The notes under the pieces are model-generated. The model saw only the letters and a program-made list of their open reading frames with translations. It did not search any database and was not told the origin of the DNA. The position numbers were made by a program, and so were the translations under genes. A stretch of DNA of 63,703 nucleotides, the filler included, from Bigelowiella natans CCMP2755 (Eukaryota; Protista; Cercozoa): NCBI GenBank assembly GCA_000320545.1. It is 6 parts of 6 records of this genome, joined end to end, with 100 filler letters (N's around TTAATTAATTAA, not from the genome) between each part and the next. Parts side by side here need not be neighbours in the genome. Positions count along the whole stretch, not along the records: positions 53,028 to 61,341 come from ADNK01003521.1; positions 61,442 to 63,703 come from ADNK01001308.1; 4 more parts are not named here. One strand, 5' to 3'. Shown in pieces: positions 59,511 to 63,703 of this stretch (position 1 is its first letter; every line of letters begins with the position of its first letter).

Positions 59511-60467
59511 GTGTTTGTATTGTGTTTACGTTGTGTGTTTGTGTGTGTGTGTGTTTGTGGTGTGCTTGTGTTTGTGTTGTGCGTGCGTGTTTGTGTGTGT
59601 GTGTGTGTGTGTGAATATTGGAGATGTGAATATTGGCGACGCAGCGATCATGATGAGGCCCACACTGCTAGCTGACAAATAGTTTATGATCCACATCCTT
59701 CCTGCCCCACCCCCTTTCCCCCCTCCCAGGAAATAGCCGGAATATACCTCAACAAGAGTCTCAAGGCGGCAGCGGCGCCTGGCAGCCTGACCGCCAACGT
59801 CTCGTTTAAGTCGGTGTACGATCAGCTGAAGAAGAAGAAGAAGGGGGCGGGGGAGGGGGACAGCGACAGCAACAAGAATAGCACCAACGCCATCCAGAAG
59901 CCATCACCAACTCCGACGACGAAGCCGAAGAAGAGGAAAAACAACACTAGTAAGGCGGCGGCGGCTTCAGCAGCGCTGTCATCGCCTACCACTTCTTCCG
60001 CTGGGAGCTCGCCGCTCGTCAACGGCGCCACTAGCAATGGGGTTGCAGATGATGAGAAGGCGCAGGGTGATGAGAGCGACAACTCGTCCTCGTCAGAATC
60101 AGAGGCGGAGGCGGGCGAGCCGGTGTGGGCGACATGCCCGGAAAAGGGCCTCCCGTGCCTATGCCTGGGGCTCAACTTCGTCAACGAGCACGCGGTCCGG
60201 CAGAAGGACAACAAGCACGTCGTCTGGAGGGATAGGACGAGGATGCTAGCGATGCAGAAACAAGGGTCCTTTTTTTTCCTTCTTTCCCTTTTCTCGGCTC
60301 TTTGTTCTTTCCCCCCTTGTTCTTGTTTTGTTTTCAAACTTGCCGGCGAAAATTCTCGATGGGTTTCTTTGGGTGGGTGTCCGCGTCGCGCTGGCGCTGG
60401 CGCTGCTGCCATTGATAGAGGGGTGATCTGACAGCGTCCTCATCGTGCGATTGCGTTTGTGTTTGCG

Positions 60468-60527
<60 letters not shown>

Positions 60528-60853
60528 TGTGTGCTATGATGGGGGGGGGGGGGGGATTAAAAAAAGATGGAGCGCCTACACCATTTCGATGCCAGAGATT
60601 GAGAACCATCCAGGAGAGAAAGCTCCCAACGGAGGATATCGGTAAGGCAACAAGACTCAGAGATGATGATCATGATGATGACGATGATGAAGATGATGAT
60701 GATGACGATGGCAAGGAAGATGGTGAGTATCTCTCGACTAACTATTCTCCTGCTACGATCCCTTCGTTGACTTCATTTTTGAATTTGAAGGGGGTGAGCG
60801 ATGGTAGAATCGTTGGGGAACGATGGCCAGCACGCACACGCACACGCACACGC

Positions 60854-60896
<43 letters not shown>

Positions 60897-61034
60897 ACGC
60901 GCGCGCGCTAAATCCTACGACACGCAGGCGGATCCATGGGAGCTTCGGGCACCGCGTCGTCAAGACGCTGATGACCAATTTCAGGGAAAAACCGCCTTTC
61001 CACAGCATCTTCTTCGAGTACGTTAGGATGCCAG
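58882..61034 (+). CDS. Hypothetical basic (likely nuclear) protein with a conserved-looking C-terminal domain; truncated by linker
   Basis: K/R-rich N-terminus (KKRK, KRK), then in-phase exons leading to LCLGLNF..WRDRTRMLAMQKQ/WSAYTIS../FHSIFFEYVRMP. Confidence 0.65.
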
Positions 61035-61341
61035 GTACGTTCAGATCCAAAAAAGGAGAGGGGGGGGGGGGTATGGGCGTGTTCGCTGCGCAAACTCTCG
61101 CAGGCGATAATGGCCATCGATGGACGCGAAAATCTCGTCCATTGATCGTGATGATGAAAGATTCAAAAATTAGCTTTACCTTCTGACCCATCAAGCAATG
61201 GAGAGAGACATTTTGAAATCAATCTGAATAATAGGAAAGAAATTATCACCAAAAAGCCAAAAAAAAAAAAAAAAAGCAAACGACAGCTTGTCACAACGCA
61301 TCGCGCTTTTATAATTCGTCCCTCCATCCCCTCCCCCCCCA

Positions 61342-61441
61342 NNNNNNNNNNNNNNNNNNNNNNNNNNNNNNNNNNNNNNNNNNNNTTAATTAATTAANNN
61401 NNNNNNNNNNNNNNNNNNNNNNNNNNNNNNNNNNNNNNNNN
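61342..61441. other. Artificial contig linker
   Basis: N44-TTAATTAATTAA-N44. Confidence 0.97.
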
Positions 61442-61464
61442 ATGATACCGCGATATGTGAGAAG

Positions 61465-61507
<43 letters not shown>

Positions 61508-61603
61508 CCAATCGGCGCAGGAGTCGGTTGAGTCTATACTTATATCTGCTCTGTGGTCAATATACCGTTTTGCTGTTTATGTAGCTGCCCCTCTCTTCAT
61601 CTC

Positions 61604-61650
<47 letters not shown>

Positions 61651-61729
61651 TTATATATTTAGACATCGTTAATGTTAGTTGAGTATGAGAGGGTGGGGCA
61701 ACATTGATGGTTACTGAGCTTTGGCCTTA

Positions 61730-61804
61730 CCTCTGCTCGATAGCTTCGGATGTCCCGACGCATCTGAGGCAGAATGAGAGATTCATTAGCTACATCGTGG
61801 ATGA

Positions 61805-61837
<33 letters not shown>

Positions 61838-62171
61838 ATATAGAATAAGTTTACCATTACTACTACTACTGTGGACTCCGACTACACTGCTGCGACGATA
61901 ATGGTCATTAGGAGAGAAAATACCTTTTCTAGATTTCGAGTCGGTAGCTCTCTCATCACCACCCTCTTGAGAACGATGTTGTTGGGAGGATTGCTACCTG
62001 CCGCTGATGGTAGTGGTTGCGGTGGTGTTTTGCTATCACTGTGACTGGCGTCGCCTTCATCATCGCCATTAAGATCCAAGGAAAGCTTCACCAAACTACA
62101 ATGGCGGCCTTAGCAAAACACGTCAGTAGACAGTGAGCATTCCTTCACAATAATACAAATACTCACACGTT

Positions 62172-62212
<41 letters not shown>

Positions 62213-62420
62213 ATGCCAAAAAACACATTCTATAGTGAATGTTTGTGTGTGTGTGTGCGTGTGTGTGTGGGAACGTGTGCGTGTGTTTGCGTATTTCCTG
62301 TAGCAATACAAACGATATACCCCGATAAGTCCCAGGTTTGACTCTAAATCCGCTGATTGAGTTCGGGGCCAAGCAGAGACGGCTCTCAAGCCATTCCTCG
62401 TCGATTACGCCGTCTGTAGA

Positions 62421-62465
<45 letters not shown>

Positions 62466-62759
62466 CGTGTGCGCGTGTGTGTGTATACATAAATATTGCA
62501 CGTTGGGATTCTCCTTCCTCCTACATCTTGCCTTCACGGTACCTTCTGCTGCTGCTTCATCGCCATCTACGAGAGGAGGAGGCAGTTTCATAAGCGCGTC
62601 CATCACACCAACTTTTGGCACTAAATGCTTGTGTAGTGCCTCGCTTGTCGCAGCGATCAGTCCGTTTGAGACCTGGGAAATTGTACTTTATTTAGGGCAA
62701 GGAGACTGCTTGCTGCGAGGGGCGATGTATAGTGATATATTGGATATGTGTGTACTCTC

Positions 62760-62820
<61 letters not shown>

Positions 62821-63273
62821 TGCATCGATTAGACCGAGTGCGCTGAGGGCTCTGGGGAGTAGCGAATGTGGTTGCCGAATCTACATGATGATGATGATGA
62901 CGTTGTTGATGTGAGATGGGGCCAGGACGATGCTCAGCGTGTTACTCTCAAATCCATTATTGGGAGGGGAGAGTTATCGAGACATGCATATTCGAACACG
63001 TGTCATCATCATCATCATCATCGTCGTCGTCGTCATCATCATCAACGAGCATATGAGCTCTTTCATCGTCCAATGCCAGACTGGTTATCGTGTGCCCTCA
63101 AAGTATCATCATCACCACCAACGCACCTGTCCGTAAGATCCCCTCCCATAGCCCTCAGAAGGGCCTCTCCAGCGCACGTATCCCACAAATACATCCCTTT
63201 CATTTTATAGGGTTAGTAGAAGAAAGAAAGAGGATACTATATAAACATGTATATATATTAAATACATATATAA

Positions 63274-63320
<47 letters not shown>

Positions 63321-63339
63321 ACATGTGTGTGTATGCGTG

Positions 63340-63381
<42 letters not shown>

Positions 63382-63660
63382 GCAACCACCGGGGCGTGGA
63401 AAGACATAAGCGTCTGCGGTGCCATCAAGGAGCTTAAGAATCTTATATCTGATAGGACATATCATCACTCTCATCGACGATGATATTCGCCATCAGCGCT
63501 ATGAAATACTCAGCGCCTAACAGGAATAACTCAAGAGTGCGTGTAGTCTCTCTCCCTTGAGTGGAAGAGCCGTGCTTTGCTGATGTCAATCTTCTTTCTC
63601 GAATCTATTTCTCTGCACTACCCTGCTCCGCCAGCGTTCACAATCGAGCTTGGTTTTACC
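61730..63660 (-). CDS. Hypothetical protein, internal exons
   Basis: Coding-like exons AGEALLRAMGGDL, VSNGLIAATSEALHKHLVPKVGVMDALMKL, VIDEEWLESRLCLAPNSISGFRVKPGTYRGISFV, NNIVLKRVVMRELP. Confidence 0.45.
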
Positions 63661-63703
63661 TGTCGCAGAAGGGAGCAAAGGGGGAGGGGGGGGGGGGGGG
63701 GGG

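Overview
Eukaryotic, intron-rich, microsatellite-laden nuclear DNA. The host is probably a chlorarachniophyte-like alga with a secondary plastid (inference from TTAGGG repeats, short GT-AG introns and a RelA/SpoT homolog with a bipartite leader). The window is six contigs joined by artificial 100-nt N-TTAATTAATTAA-N linkers, so order across linkers is not biological. Manual exon stitching gives about 17 genes or gene fragments: organellar T7-like RNA polymerase, RPS7, a Cys-repeat membrane protein, an LRR protein, a mitochondrial carrier, an EF-hand RelA/SpoT homolog, an ankyrin/zinc-finger protein, a CNNM/DUF21-CBS transporter, 3-mercaptopyruvate sulfurtransferase, a CRAL-TRIO protein, a PP2A B55-like subunit and several hypotheticals. 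Many exon boundaries are approximate. The most striking non-gene signal is two TpA-free stretches of about 650 and 780 nt in repeat or intergenic DNA. In one of them the telomeric hexamer CCCTAA appears as CCCTGA and CCCCAA, suggesting a repeat-targeted TpA->TpG/CpA hypermutation system, the opposite of fungal RIP. Decayed, palindrome-rich patches fill every convergent intergenic region, genes strictly alternate in strand, and a poly(A)-less non-LTR retroelement family recurs.
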